Of a DNA stretch of 64,000 bases, positions 40,011-50,094 are shown one piece after another. The stretch is from an uncultured Armatimonadetes bacterium. GTDB taxonomy: Bacteria > Armatimonadota > UBA5829 > DTJY01. A program made the translations under genes and the position numbers. The DNA lies in assembly GCA_963717145.1 (NCBI GenBank), contig OY970325.1, forward strand, positions 1,344,001 through 1,408,000, given 5' to 3'. The notes under the pieces are model-generated. The model was given only the letters and a program-made list of their open reading frames with translations. It searched no databases and was not told where the DNA came from. The number at the start of each line of letters is the position of its first letter. Positions within the stretch are counted from its first letter, which is position 1.

Positions 40011-42446
40011 CTACCGCGCGCTGAACGTGTGCCTTCCTGCTTCTTTGATGGTAACCGGCGGTTGGCCGGGAAGCGAGACATCGGCGGCCATGCCCTCGGG
40101 GATCGTGACGACCATGCTGAACGCCTTGCCGATGATCTTCCACTCCGCCTTGATGTCGCCAAGGGGGGTCGGAACGATTCCCCTCGCCCATCGCAGATCG
40201 GCGGTGTTCGGGGCGATCGTCACGCGCTTGAATCCCGGCTCGGCGGGTCGGACGCCGAGGATGTACCCCGGCAGGTAGGCTGTCGGCGCGGAGGCCCATC
40301 CGTGGCAGAGCGAGTTGTTCGTGTTCCACTGCTCCCAGAAGGTCGTCGCGCCCCAGTCCAGCATCACGCCCCAATTCGTCCGCATGTAGTCGAGCGATTC
40401 CTGCACCATCCCGTGCCGCAGGAGGGCCTGAAGCCAGTAGTAGGCGAAGTACGAGCCCCCCGGGATAACGCCCTTCGATGTGTCCATGCAGTACCCGAGG
40501 ATCTCCATCCGGCGTTCCAGTGGGGCAATGTCATACGCCGCGACCAGGGCGTTCGGCATCTGGCTCGTCTTCGGGGAGAATGCCTGCTTCTCCTCGGACC
40601 ACCATTCCGGATATGCGCCCCTCGCCGGATCGTAGAGCCGGGCGTTGATCGCCTCCTGAAGTGCCGATGCCATCGCCGCGTACTTCTCGACGCCCTCGGA
40701 GTCCCCCGCAAGACGCGCCATGTTCGACGCATGAGTGAGCGTCTCGTAGTAGAAGCAGTTCATCACCGAGACCGCGCCCTCATACTCCGTCTGCGTCCAC
40801 TCGATGAACATCCAGCCGGGGATGTTGCTTATCAGGCCGTTCTTGTCCCTGAACTGTTCGAAGAAGCCGATGAGCTTCTCGACCTTCGGGTACATCTCCT
40901 TCACAAGCTCCGTGTCGCCAGTATAGGTGTAGTAGTCCCAGATCGAACCGACCCAGATCAGCATGAACGACGGGATGTACTGGTCGAACACGCCGGGATA
41001 GAAGCAGGCGGTCGAGCCGTCCTCCTTCTGCGACTGGCCGATCTGTACGATCCCCTGGCGGATGAGCTTGTAGTCGCCGAACGCGTAGTAATTGCTCATC
41101 GCCTCAAGCCGCGCGTCGCCCCACCACTGAGTGCGCTCCCTCCACGGGCAGTCGGTGTACGCATCCTCCATGTTGAGCTGAACGGTGTACGCCCCGATCC
41201 GCCATATGTCGTTCAGCCGCTTGTCGGAGCACTGGAACTCGCCGTTCCACTGCACGGGATATGTGTTGAAGTTGACGCTCACCGACTCGACGGTCACCGG
41301 CTCGGTGATGTCGCGGAAGTCGATCTGCATGTACCGGAACCCCCGGCGATCGAAGACCTCCCATTCCTGCCGGCCCGGCTTGATGACGTACCGGTCGGCA
41401 TAGTTGACGCCGTGCCGATTCGGATCGACCTTGCCGTCGGTGAGAAGCTCCCCATATCCGAGGTCGACGGTCCCGGTACCCTTCGTCGAGATCTTAATCC
41501 TCGGCATCCCGGCGACCTCCCAGCCGAAGTCGAGGACGAGATATACCGCCTTCCCAGCGGCGCGTTCCTCCGGCGGGAGAGGGTAGAACGTGCACACACC
41601 CCTGCCCTCGTTCGCCTTCTCCCAGGTCTTACGGGCAACGGACTCCTTCGGCCCGCCCGGGTCGATCGGCTGGGCCTTGAAGATGTCCTCCACGTTCGGG
41701 CGCTTGAAGAGGGCCGACGTGTTCGATGCGACCTTGTCGGACGGCGTCTTCTTCTCGCGCGACATCAGCGGCGAGACGTGGTTCTTCGGCACATCGACCC
41801 CGGTCGGATCGGCGACTCCGACCTCCACGACGCCAACTGGATGGATCTCCCTATCATAGAGGAAAGGGATCGACCGCTCCGTCAGGTTACTCCAGGGCAA
41901 GTCGCCTTTGATGACGGTTGCGCGCTCCCACTTCGAGTCGTCGAAGCCCACGTCGGTCCATCCCTCAGGAGCCTTGTTTGCGTCGTATACCTCGTAGAAC
42001 TCCTGCTGGATCGAGATGCGCGGGATATCGCTGACGAACGCCTCCGCCCGCTTCACACGCCATGAGCCATCCGAGACGACGGAGAGCAGCTTCGACTCAG
42101 GATACGTGACCAGTCCGTCGAAGAGGAATCCCCCACGCCCGAGGATATATGTGAATGTGTTGATGCCGTAGTGATGGACGAGCGCGGCGATCGAGTTCTT
42201 GCCCTTGTGGAGGCTCTTCGTGAGATCGTAGGTGTCGTACTGCTGCCATCGGGGATCGGAGCGCACCGGTCCGCGTCCGACGAGCTTGCCGTTGACGTAG
42301 AGCTTGTACCGGCTGTCGGCGGAGACGTGGACGACCACCTTCATCGGCTCGGTAGGAAGGTCCACGACCTTGCGCATATACATGTAGGAGTTGACCGGCT
42401 GCTGAGCGCCGGAGTCCCAGATCCAGTTGACGTCTGCGGTTATCAT
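40011..42446 (-). CDS. Alpha-L-rhamnosidase family (GH78)
   Basis: SADSRYKLYVNG, LDFG, GFRY, DCPWRERTQWWGD, GATTFWE, SLCHGWAS. Confidence 0.92.
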   Translation of the reverse strand: MITADVNWIWDSGAQQPVNSYMYMRKVVDLPTEPMKVVVHVSADSRYKLYVNGKLVGRGPVRSDPRWQQYDTYDLTKSLHKGKNSIAALVHHYGINTFTYILGRGGFLFDGLVTYPESKLLSVVSDGSWRVKRAEAFVSDIPRISIQQEFYEVYDANKAPEGWTDVGFDDSKWERATVIKGDLPWSNLTERSIPFLYDREIHPVGVVEVGVADPTGVDVPKNHVSPLMSREKKTPSDKVASNTSALFKRPNVEDIFKAQPIDPGGPKESVARKTWEKANEGRGVCTFYPLPPEERAAGKAVYLVLDFGWEVAGMPRIKISTKGTGTVDLGYGELLTDGKVDPNRHGVNYADRYVIKPGRQEWEVFDRRGFRYMQIDFRDITEPVTVESVSVNFNTYPVQWNGEFQCSDKRLNDIWRIGAYTVQLNMEDAYTDCPWRERTQWWGDARLEAMSNYYAFGDYKLIRQGIVQIGQSQKEDGSTACFYPGVFDQYIPSFMLIWVGSIWDYYTYTGDTELVKEMYPKVEKLIGFFEQFRDKNGLISNIPGWMFIEWTQTEYEGAVSVMNCFYYETLTHASNMARLAGDSEGVEKYAAMASALQEAINARLYDPARGAYPEWWSEEKQAFSPKTSQMPNALVAAYDIAPLERRMEILGYCMDTSKGVIPGGSYFAYYWLQALLRHGMVQESLDYMRTNWGVMLDWGATTFWEQWNTNNSLCHGWASAPTAYLPGYILGVRPAEPGFKRVTIAPNTADLRWARGIVPTPLGDIKAEWKIIGKAFSMVVTIPEGMAADVSLPGQPPVTIKEAGRHTFSAR

Positions 42447-42697
42447 CGTCACCTCACGTGGAGTTCTCCCTGAGGTGTTCAGCGGGCAGCGGGCGGTTTC
42501 CTCTGCTCCCGCTCTCTCGCCAATGGTGATCCGGGATTCCGCGTTCACAATTCCACATTCGGACCGGTTGCCCGGGTGACGCAGGCCGCGTCAGGGTAAA
42601 AAGGGACGTGGTGGAACAATAGGTCGCCGTCAAGCAGTCAAAGCCAGTGACTGGGGCGGAGCCCTGGGATCCGTCAGACATTAGTGGAGGTGTCGAA

Positions 42698-43708
42698 GTG
42701 TACTACCGGGAACTCATAAGAGGATTTGCGACGATTGGTGCGATATGCCTCATCTCTCTCCTAAGCTGGAGCATGTCGATGGCGGCTACGCCAGAGGAAA
42801 CGATCGAGTTGGCCAAGGCGGGCACGAAGAACGCCGTATCCGTCATACAAAACGGGAAGGGTAAGATCACTCAGAGCGTTACCAGACATAGGCAGGACGG
42901 AAGCATCGTGGAGACGGAGGCCGTCGCGGACATGGCGTTCAGGGGAGATAAGTTCAGGATCAATGAGCTGGTCACCGAACTCAGGAATGATGTGCCTGCC
43001 GGAGTAACCGAGGAAGGCGCCAAGAAAACGTACCCTCCTGACCACAAGGCGGTTTCTTTCGATGGTGAAGAACTGACGTACTTTGAGGCGCGCACCAGGT
43101 TCCCCAGAGCTGTGGTGGGCACTGTTGAGGGTAGCGGGGGGATCATCAAGAATTACTATCAGCGAAAGAAGCTGGACTATGGCGTTCTAGAGAACCACGG
43201 CGTGTTTGACATAGGTGTCGCCATGGCCACACCCTCTTTTCCTCAGGTGGATGAAGGACTGCGGTTCGTTCGAAATGAGACGATAGACGGCAGAGACTGC
43301 ATCGTTATCGAGCACACGATCCTTACAATGTCGAAAGAATGCGATCCTCTACCCTTACGTAGCACTATCCTCGAATGGAGTATAGACACTGGTAGGGGAT
43401 TCACGATTCCACGTTATCGACTCTGGGTAGGGGATAAGGATGGGAACAACAGAATCCTGGCCGAGGAGAGGAATAACGTGGTCAGGGACTATGGCGACGG
43501 CGTATGGGGCCCATCCAAGTCCGTGGTAGTCGGGTATGCCATTGATGAGAAGGGGGAGAGGTACGAGGATACCAGGATAGTCACGCAATATGCTTCGGAT
43601 TTCGTTTTGAATGGAAATGTGACCGATAGCGACCTGACTATCAAACTACCGACTAAGACTCGGATTTGGAACTCGATAACGGGCGAAGAATCGTCCGTAG
43701 CGCCGTGA
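42698..43708 (+). CDS. Secreted hypothetical protein (LolA-like fold possible)
   Basis: GTG after GGAGGT; signal peptide; ETIDGRDCIVIE...WSIDT..G motif; lower GC than neighbours. Confidence 0.65.
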   Translation: MYYRELIRGFATIGAICLISLLSWSMSMAATPEETIELAKAGTKNAVSVIQNGKGKITQSVTRHRQDGSIVETEAVADMAFRGDKFRINELVTELRNDVPAGVTEEGAKKTYPPDHKAVSFDGEELTYFEARTRFPRAVVGTVEGSGGIIKNYYQRKKLDYGVLENHGVFDIGVAMATPSFPQVDEGLRFVRNETIDGRDCIVIEHTILTMSKECDPLPLRSTILEWSIDTGRGFTIPRYRLWVGDKDGNNRILAEERNNVVRDYGDGVWGPSKSVVVGYAIDEKGERYEDTRIVTQYASDFVLNGNVTDSDLTIKLPTKTRIWNSITGEESSVAP

Positions 43709-43744
43709 ACGATGCGCTCAGTGAGGGCTGACGGTGTGGTGTGC

Positions 43745-43770
43745 GGGAGGGCGTTGAAGCCCTCCCCTAC
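43745..43770. repeat. REP family A half-element
   Basis: GGGAGGGCGTTGAAGCCCTCCCCTAC. Confidence 0.75.
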
Positions 43771-45454
43771 GGTTCGAGGACGACGCGCTTGATGAGGAAC
43801 CGCACACCAGATCCCCGCACGGGTCGATGCGCAGGCTGAGGAGCGGCGTCCCGGTCTTCTCCCAGCAGATGATGTCCGCGATGTCGATGCTCGGGTTCCC
43901 TTCACGCGGCCAGGAGACCACCGTGGAGGCGAACCCGCTGTGCACGGGCATCAGGCCGGTCGCCCAGAAGACCTCCATGTCCCGCTGCCCGATGCCCTCC
44001 TTCATCCCACTGATGACCTTCCCTTCGATCGTGATGTGCTTGATCTGCCCCATTGGGACCTGCATCTCCGAGAACACGATCTTCGGATCGCCTCCGGTGG
44101 TTTCGAACAGCATCCCCTCAGCGGTCCGATCCTTGATCGAGATCGCATCGAGCCCGATCTGGTCGGTCGGAATCCCGCCCTCGGTGAGGTCGATGACGTA
44201 GGGCATCTTCACATCCGGGACATCGAAGCTCTTGCCCACAGGAGCCAGCTTCGGCGTCTTGAGCGGCCAGGGCTTCGACTCGTTCTCCTCCGCGACCTTC
44301 AGCTCGTCCGGAGTGAGGACGCTCCACGACGCGATCTCCTCCGCGCTCGGAAGCTTCTCGTTCGGCGACTTCTTCCCCAACACATCCGCCATCGCCCTCA
44401 GGAATCCGAAGCCGAACTGCTTCGACGGCTCGATGCACGCTCCCTCGCCCCACTCGTTCCATGCCTCGACCATTACGACCGGCGACGCGGGGTTCGTGTT
44501 CCTGATCGCGCCCCTGAGCATCTTCGCGAAGTCCGCCGGGCTGTTGTCCGTATTGATGAACGCCTTCTCGACCCCCGCGCGGGGCCGATCGTCCCAGCCG
44601 GAGAAGGTGCTCGGCCAGTATGGAATCCCCGCCTTGATCGCCGCGCGCTGGATGTTCGGGTAGAGGCAGTCGGCGATCATCGGCGCGAGGTCGGGATACG
44701 GAACGGCCTCCGTGTCCCACGTGACGCTCGGCGGGCGCATCCAGCAGTAGGTGTAGGCGCAGAATGCGTCGAACCCGAGGCCCTTGAGCATCGACATGTA
44801 CTCCGAGGAGGCGCTGGGATAGACCGCGACGAGGTAGACGCCGGGGAGGCCGTTCTCCTTCGCACGCTGACGCATCGACGCGAGGGCATCCCGTGCGGCA
44901 TCCTCACCGCCGAAGCTCGTGAGTTGGCTGATGTCGTAGATCATGAACACCGGCCGCCCGTCGATGCGCAGGTAGTTCGGCCGATGGAAGTACCGCGCGC
45001 AGAGGAGGTCGGTCATCTCGAGGACGGCGGACTTGCCCTGATCGAGCGGCTTGAGCCACCACGGTCCGCCGTGATTGCACCAGTGCACGCAGAACTTCAC
45101 GTCGCCGGCATTCTTCGCCTGCAGAAAGCCGCGGTCGAGCGACTCGTAGAGGAACTCCTGCCCGGCGTTGTAGTACCAGTCGAACGCGATGAAGTCGATG
45201 CCGTGGGTCGCCATCCAGGGGATATAGTAGCCCCACAAGCGAGCGTCGGCATCGTTGTAGAAGCCGCATGAGGCGCGCGGGACGGCGGCCTTCATGATCG
45301 CCGACCGCCACTCGCTCGACTCGCCGCCGGGATTCCCGGGGGCGCGATACCACCCGGGGAAGTAGTAGACCCCGACCATTGGCTTGACCTCGGCGGCGTG
45401 CGATGCGACCATGACGGCGCATGTGGCGATGATAACCAGTAGCAGTCTGTGCAT
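43767..45454 (-). CDS. GH99-like / WbsX family glycoside hydrolase
   Basis: GVYYFPGW, GIDFIAFDWY, RIDGRPVF.IY, GWDDRPR, AWNEWGEG.CIEP; probable 1-nt deletion near 43812 (corrected end ...GVRFLIKRVVLEP* at 43767). Confidence 0.85.
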
Positions 45455-45601
45455 GGAATCCCTCCCTGTGCCGTCTCCGGCATCACACACCATATTCCAT
45501 GCCCCCCGCCCCCGATTCCTCCAGGACCGGCACGGGAAGGAACAGACACGTCTTTGTCGAAGGAGATAGCAAGTCCAATACTGACGCGAGGGGGCGGCGA
45601 T

Positions 45602-46076
45602 ATGAATGGGGAATCTGACGGCGAGGGCATTCGGTCCGAGCAGGTTCGCGCTTCACTGCGCAGTGCCTTCGCGGAGGTGGCATGTCCTTACGAGAGCTGC
45701 GACTTACCGGATGGCTACTGGCGAGATATGCGGGAGCATCTGTGGGATCTGCTTGAGCCGGAGCTCAGATGGGAACTGCCCAGGATATTGGCGAGTCTTC
45801 TTGACGATCCCGAAAGAGAGAACATCCTGGATGTCATCTCGTTCCTCGATGTGCATGGACCTCCGCCTCAGGTCCTGAGTGAGCACGTGCGAGCGGCATC
45901 GGGGCACCTGCGCGAGCACCGAGCCTCAGGCATTTGACGAGATCACACCTGAGCAGGCCGGCGCAATACTCAAGTGGCTCGAGTTCATCTGGACTCTGTA
46001 TCCGGATGGGTTCTTCTACGAGCCCTGGCTACGACGTGGCATGGACTACTGGGCAGCACGTTCTCGCAAGCCGTAG
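45602..46076 (+). CDS. Hypothetical protein (DUF6714-like), frameshifted
   Basis: AFAEVACP...LPRIL segment then FDEITPEQAGAILKWL...YW in another frame. Confidence 0.45.
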
Positions 46077-46133
46077 CATGCCGAAGATCGCTCGGCTGAT
46101 TCTCCGAACCTGGGGGCGCTTGAGGGGATACGC

Positions 46134-46631
46134 GTGATGACATCGAGTCAGAAGGCTGACGATACTGCAAGTACCGTGCACATTCCTGCGCGAGTCAGGG
46201 CAGTGGTGATAGACTCGGCATCGGTCCTCGGATTGGCGTGGCTATGTAGCCGGTACCTGCACGTTCTTTGGTTTCCTGTGTCTGGAAGTGATGTGCTGGC
46301 TGTTGCCGGCTTTGCTGCATGCTGCCTCGGAACGTTCAAGGCAATCGGTGACGTGTTGGGCATCTCAGTCGTGAAAGACTTTCGCGCATCACACGGTACT
46401 GCCGCACGCGCCGCCTCTGCGCTCATCGGGCCGCTGATGATAGGATTACTCTGTCTGAGCCTGGTGTTGGGAATGGCGGTCCTCTTGATGCTGCCCAGCA
46501 GGTGGGGAAGGCCGCCTTATGCGCTCGACCGTTGGGTTGTCGCGCTTATACTCTCGACCGGTTTCTGGGTGATAACCTTCTGGCGACTCTCCAAACGTCG
46601 ACACCGCAAAGAGCCGGACGATGATGAGTAG
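46134..46631 (+). CDS. Four-TM membrane hypothetical protein
   Basis: Four hydrophobic segments, charged tail. Confidence 0.6.
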   Translation: MMTSSQKADDTASTVHIPARVRAVVIDSASVLGLAWLCSRYLHVLWFPVSGSDVLAVAGFAACCLGTFKAIGDVLGISVVKDFRASHGTAARAASALIGPLMIGLLCLSLVLGMAVLLMLPSRWGRPPYALDRWVVALILSTGFWVITFWRLSKRRHRKEPDDDE

Positions 46632-46672
46632 GCAGGACTATCGAGTATAGAGAAAAGGGCGGGAACACGGAA

Positions 46673-47005
46673 ATGGACACAGACCACAACAAAGAGCAGC
46701 AAACCGCGCCACATTCCGGCCTGGGCACGATCTCCCTGGTCATCGCGGCCGTCAGTTTCCTCCTGTTCGCCACGTCGATCTCCCTGCCGCTCTTCGGGTC
46801 GCTGAAACACTCCGATGCCGCCCTTATACGCCTGCTTATCCTACCCTGGCTCGCCCTCAGCGCTATGGGGGTTCTCGTGGGAGTGGCGGCACGGCTGCAG
46901 AACGGCGCCAACCGCACCTTCGCCAGGATCGGTGTGATCGCCAATATCCTGCTCATTGCCGCAATCATCATCATTGTTGCACAGCTGTACGCGCCCTGCA
47001 GGTAG
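46673..47005 (+). CDS. Small three-TM membrane protein (DUF4190-like), copy 1
   Basis: HSGLGTISLVIAA...G...LQ....RTFARIGV..N; paralog at 63192. Confidence 0.7.
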   Translation: MDTDHNKEQQTAPHSGLGTISLVIAAVSFLLFATSISLPLFGSLKHSDAALIRLLILPWLALSAMGVLVGVAARLQNGANRTFARIGVIANILLIAAIIIIVAQLYAPCR

Positions 47006-47142
47006 CCCCCGCCACCCCACGCGATTGAAATCGCCCCTACGAACGGCACGAAGTCGACCTCCGTCGACTGGCAGACGAAAGCAGGGCGGGGACATCATCG
47101 TCCCCGCCCATTCCGCATTCCGCATTCCCCAATCCGCATTCC
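47002..47142. repeat. Degenerate REP, GC hairpin and TTCCGCA heptamers between convergent genes
   Basis: GTAG...GCGATTGAAATCGCCCCTAC (47002-47040); GGGCGGGGAC-ATCATC-GTCCCCGCCC (47084-47109); ttccgcattccgcatt. Confidence 0.7.
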
Positions 47143-47805
47143 CTACGCCGCCAGCTCACCCCTGGCCGCGGTCGTCGCCTCAGCGGACGAGGAACTCAGC
47201 TCGGTCGCCTTCGTTCCCCGGTAGCGGGCCACGTACTGATAGTCCGCCGCCGATCCGACGATCGTATCGGTGTAGGGCGAAGAGGTAGCGAAGTTGACCA
47301 ACTGATATTGGGTCTCGCCGCTCTTCTTTCGGTAGATGTTGCAGCCCAGGACACCTGCGGGCTTGCCGTTCGTGCGCTCGTTCTGCGGCGTCGGGCCGAA
47401 ATGAACGATCACCGAGCCGACCATCGACTCCAGATACAGCGAGGGCGGAGTCAGCAGCTCGATCGGTGTGGGCGACTGCACCGTGTCGTCGCGTCCCAGG
47501 CCGAGCAGTCCGCGAAGCTGATCCGTCATGCCGGGATGCTTGCAGATGCGCTGGATCAGAGGGCGCAGGATGGCCAGCGCCTCCTGGCGGTCTGTGTTCT
47601 TCAGCGCAATTGCAGAGGTTGCAAGCGCCTTCTGAAGCTGGTAGTTGGTGAGTGAATCGATGAACGCACCGCTCGCAGTGGTGATTGGGGTGAGGTTGGC
47701 GGGAATCAGGCCGACCATGCCTGCGTTGGTCGTCAGGTTGCTGACGAACGCCTGCAGCCATACGTTGAAATCGTTATCGCTTGTGGGTAGAACGTTTCTT
47801 GCCAA
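47143..47805 (-). CDS. Cytoplasmic helical-bundle plus FN3-like protein, copy 1
   Basis: TTG start after GGGGAGG; helical N-terminus, PGMTD.LRG.LGL linker, beta-sandwich NGKPAGV.GCN..R...SPY.D...Y.Y...YRG. Confidence 0.75.
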   Translation of the reverse strand: MARNVLPTSDNDFNVWLQAFVSNLTTNAGMVGLIPANLTPITTASGAFIDSLTNYQLQKALATSAIALKNTDRQEALAILRPLIQRICKHPGMTDQLRGLLGLGRDDTVQSPTPIELLTPPSLYLESMVGSVIVHFGPTPQNERTNGKPAGVLGCNIYRKKSGETQYQLVNFATSSPYTDTIVGSAADYQYVARYRGTKATELSSSSAEATTAARGELAA

Positions 47806-47873
47806 GGGAATACCTCCCCAATTATGGTGTACCCGTGCGGCAGTCCGGGTCGACGATCGGTGACGGAATCCAA

Positions 47874-48054
47874 GTTTTTGAGGCGTTATTCCCGCGGAAT
47901 GACGTCCACTTCACGCGGAAGTACGACCACTTCCCGCGGAAGTGAGACCACTCCACGCGGAGGTTCGCCTTAAAAACATTTTTAAGCGCCACTTCCGGCG
48001 GAGGTTCGCCTTAAAAACGTTTTTGAGGGCCACTCCACGCGGAGGTCCGCCTCA
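47874..48054. repeat. Phased array of two short palindromes (about 21-bp period)
   Basis: Six ACTTCC-CGC-GGAAGT-like units and 2.5 CTTAAAAA-CR-TTTTTRAG units. Confidence 0.85.
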
Positions 48055-48381
48055 TACGCTTGTTTCCTCGGGCTACACAGGCGTTTTGCTCTTGCCTCGA
48101 AGCGTCTGCTCCGAACGCGCGACTGCGCCCTTCTTCACCGAACTTGTGGCCTCTGAACTGCCTACGGTGAGATCGCCGAACTGCGCGCTCCACCGCCGAG
48201 CCACTGGTTCTATTCCATACTGGTAGGAATACTTGGGAAGGTTTTTTGAGGTTCTTTCGTGAGGGTGTTGGAGGAACAAATACATCTACGTCGAATGAGA
48301 GACTGTGCCGAATCGGCGTATGCTTTGCTTGACTGCGGTCGGTGTGCTGCGAGAATAACACGGTGTGGGAGGGGCTCCAGA

Positions 48382-49917
48382 GTGGCGCATAAGAACAGCC
48401 TAGTAGCGACTTTGCTCAGAAGCTTGGATCTTGGGAGCTCTGTTGCTGAATCAGACGGATTGCTCGAAGTGGCGCGGGTGGAGACGTCGGCATTTGCGGA
48501 TCTTATAAGTGATCGCGTCGATCTCATACCCGGCACCAAGGGGTCGGGCAAGAGCGCTCTGTTCCGTATCTTCGTGGACTTTCTACCGGACTATTTGCTC
48601 ACTCAGCGAAAAGTCGTCGTCGCCCATGGTGTACAGACGCCAGGCGATCCTGTCTTCCATACCTTTACTGAGCGGTTCCAAAAACTGACTGAAGATGAGT
48701 TTATGAGCTTCTGGTGTATCTATCTTGTGTCGCTCGCTCATGAGCAGTTTGTCAAGGGCGACCGATATAAGGCTATACTCAAGACGGCCGGGGCTGAGGT
48801 GGATGCGTTTCGGCAGGCGTGCTTGGATGCAAGGATTCCGGAGATCACTGCGAAGAAGTCGCTTCGAGCGATTCTTGAGTGGTCTTTGAATGCACTTCGT
48901 CTATGGCGCCCGAAGCTCAGATACACTCCACCTGGCGAAGTGGGAGAGATGGAGCTTGATCTATTCGGTTCTGCGGAGGACACTGCAGACCATGCGGCAG
49001 TAGTACCCAACCATCCGGTACAGCCGGAGTATGTCAGCGCGATTAGAGAGGCCTTGGATGCTCTGCTTGCCAAGACTGATTACACTCTGTGGCTTATGGT
49101 CGACAGGCTGGATGAAGTATTCCCAAGGCGTTCCGAGCTTGAAAGAACTGCGCTCCGGGCGCTACTCCGTGCAATGCGCCAGTTCTCCACTCCGAGGATT
49201 CGTGTCAAGATCTTCCTGCGCGATGATATGCTAGATCATATTGTTCGTGGTGAGAATGGGTTTACCGCCCTAACGCATGTTACAGCGAGACAATCCGATA
49301 CTCTTCGCTGGACCTCCGAGCAGCTTCTAACGATGCTTGTGAAGCGGATATTTGCCAACGACTTGCTTCCACTTCGTCTAGGTGTCAACCGAGCACAGAT
49401 TGATGCGAGCGCCAAGTACCGGGAGGAGTGCTTTTACAAAGTTTTCCCCCCAACCGTATTCCACGGAGCCAAACAGAGTCCTACGCTACGCTGGATCTGT
49501 AACCGGTGCGCTGACGGACGCGGCGTTGTGACCCCGCGGGACGTGCTCGATCTCGTGATTCGCGCGAGACAGAAGCAAGAGGACACATGTTCCCATGATC
49601 CTGAAGGTAGCATGGACTATATAATAGACTCTCCGGCGATTCAGTATGGATATGAGGAGCTCTCGAAGCGCAAGCGCCAGACTTACCTTGAGGCTGAGTT
49701 CCCCCATCTCTGGAAGCACATCGAGAAGTTCATTGACGGGAAGGCTGAGTATGACGGGGAAGCTTTGCAGGTCATCTTGGGGTCGGATTGGCGGTCGATC
49801 GCTGATGACCTGGTGGCGATAGGATTTCTATCCAAGGCTACGAAGAGCGGACGGAACATGTACTCGATCCCATTCCTCTATCGGCATAGCCTAAACGTCA
49901 CACAAGGTAAGGCCTAG
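48382..49917 (+). CDS. P-loop ATPase, Sll1717/FunZ-like family
   Basis: LDLGSSVAESD, Walker A GTKGSGKS, Walker B LMVDRLDE, KIFLRDD, TPRDVL, winged-helix-like tail; GTG after GGGAGG; lower GC. Confidence 0.8.
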   Translation: MAHKNSLVATLLRSLDLGSSVAESDGLLEVARVETSAFADLISDRVDLIPGTKGSGKSALFRIFVDFLPDYLLTQRKVVVAHGVQTPGDPVFHTFTERFQKLTEDEFMSFWCIYLVSLAHEQFVKGDRYKAILKTAGAEVDAFRQACLDARIPEITAKKSLRAILEWSLNALRLWRPKLRYTPPGEVGEMELDLFGSAEDTADHAAVVPNHPVQPEYVSAIREALDALLAKTDYTLWLMVDRLDEVFPRRSELERTALRALLRAMRQFSTPRIRVKIFLRDDMLDHIVRGENGFTALTHVTARQSDTLRWTSEQLLTMLVKRIFANDLLPLRLGVNRAQIDASAKYREECFYKVFPPTVFHGAKQSPTLRWICNRCADGRGVVTPRDVLDLVIRARQKQEDTCSHDPEGSMDYIIDSPAIQYGYEELSKRKRQTYLEAEFPHLWKHIEKFIDGKAEYDGEALQVILGSDWRSIADDLVAIGFLSKATKSGRNMYSIPFLYRHSLNVTQGKA

Positions 49918-50094
49918 CTGTGCAGTAGCAATCGAAGCTCACAGATCTCAAGGTGGCCCTGGCGCAGGAAAACGGGAACGGGGAATATTTGCCAAACAGC
50001 CAATGGTCTGGACCGGATATCGTCATGCCGTCCCACAAGAGAACGAACGCCTGCATCCAGGTCGCATGAACGAGAATGCCCAGAAGCGCTTGGG

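Noticed and set aside
40029-42065. Long antisense ORFs (e.g. 678 aa here; also 16391-17917, 54238-55641, 60403-61869)
   Set aside because: Shadow frames of well-supported genes in high-GC DNA; no recognisable motifs.
47874-48054. CRISPR array
   Set aside because: Units are about 21 bp and abut each other with no unique spacers; no cas genes in the window.
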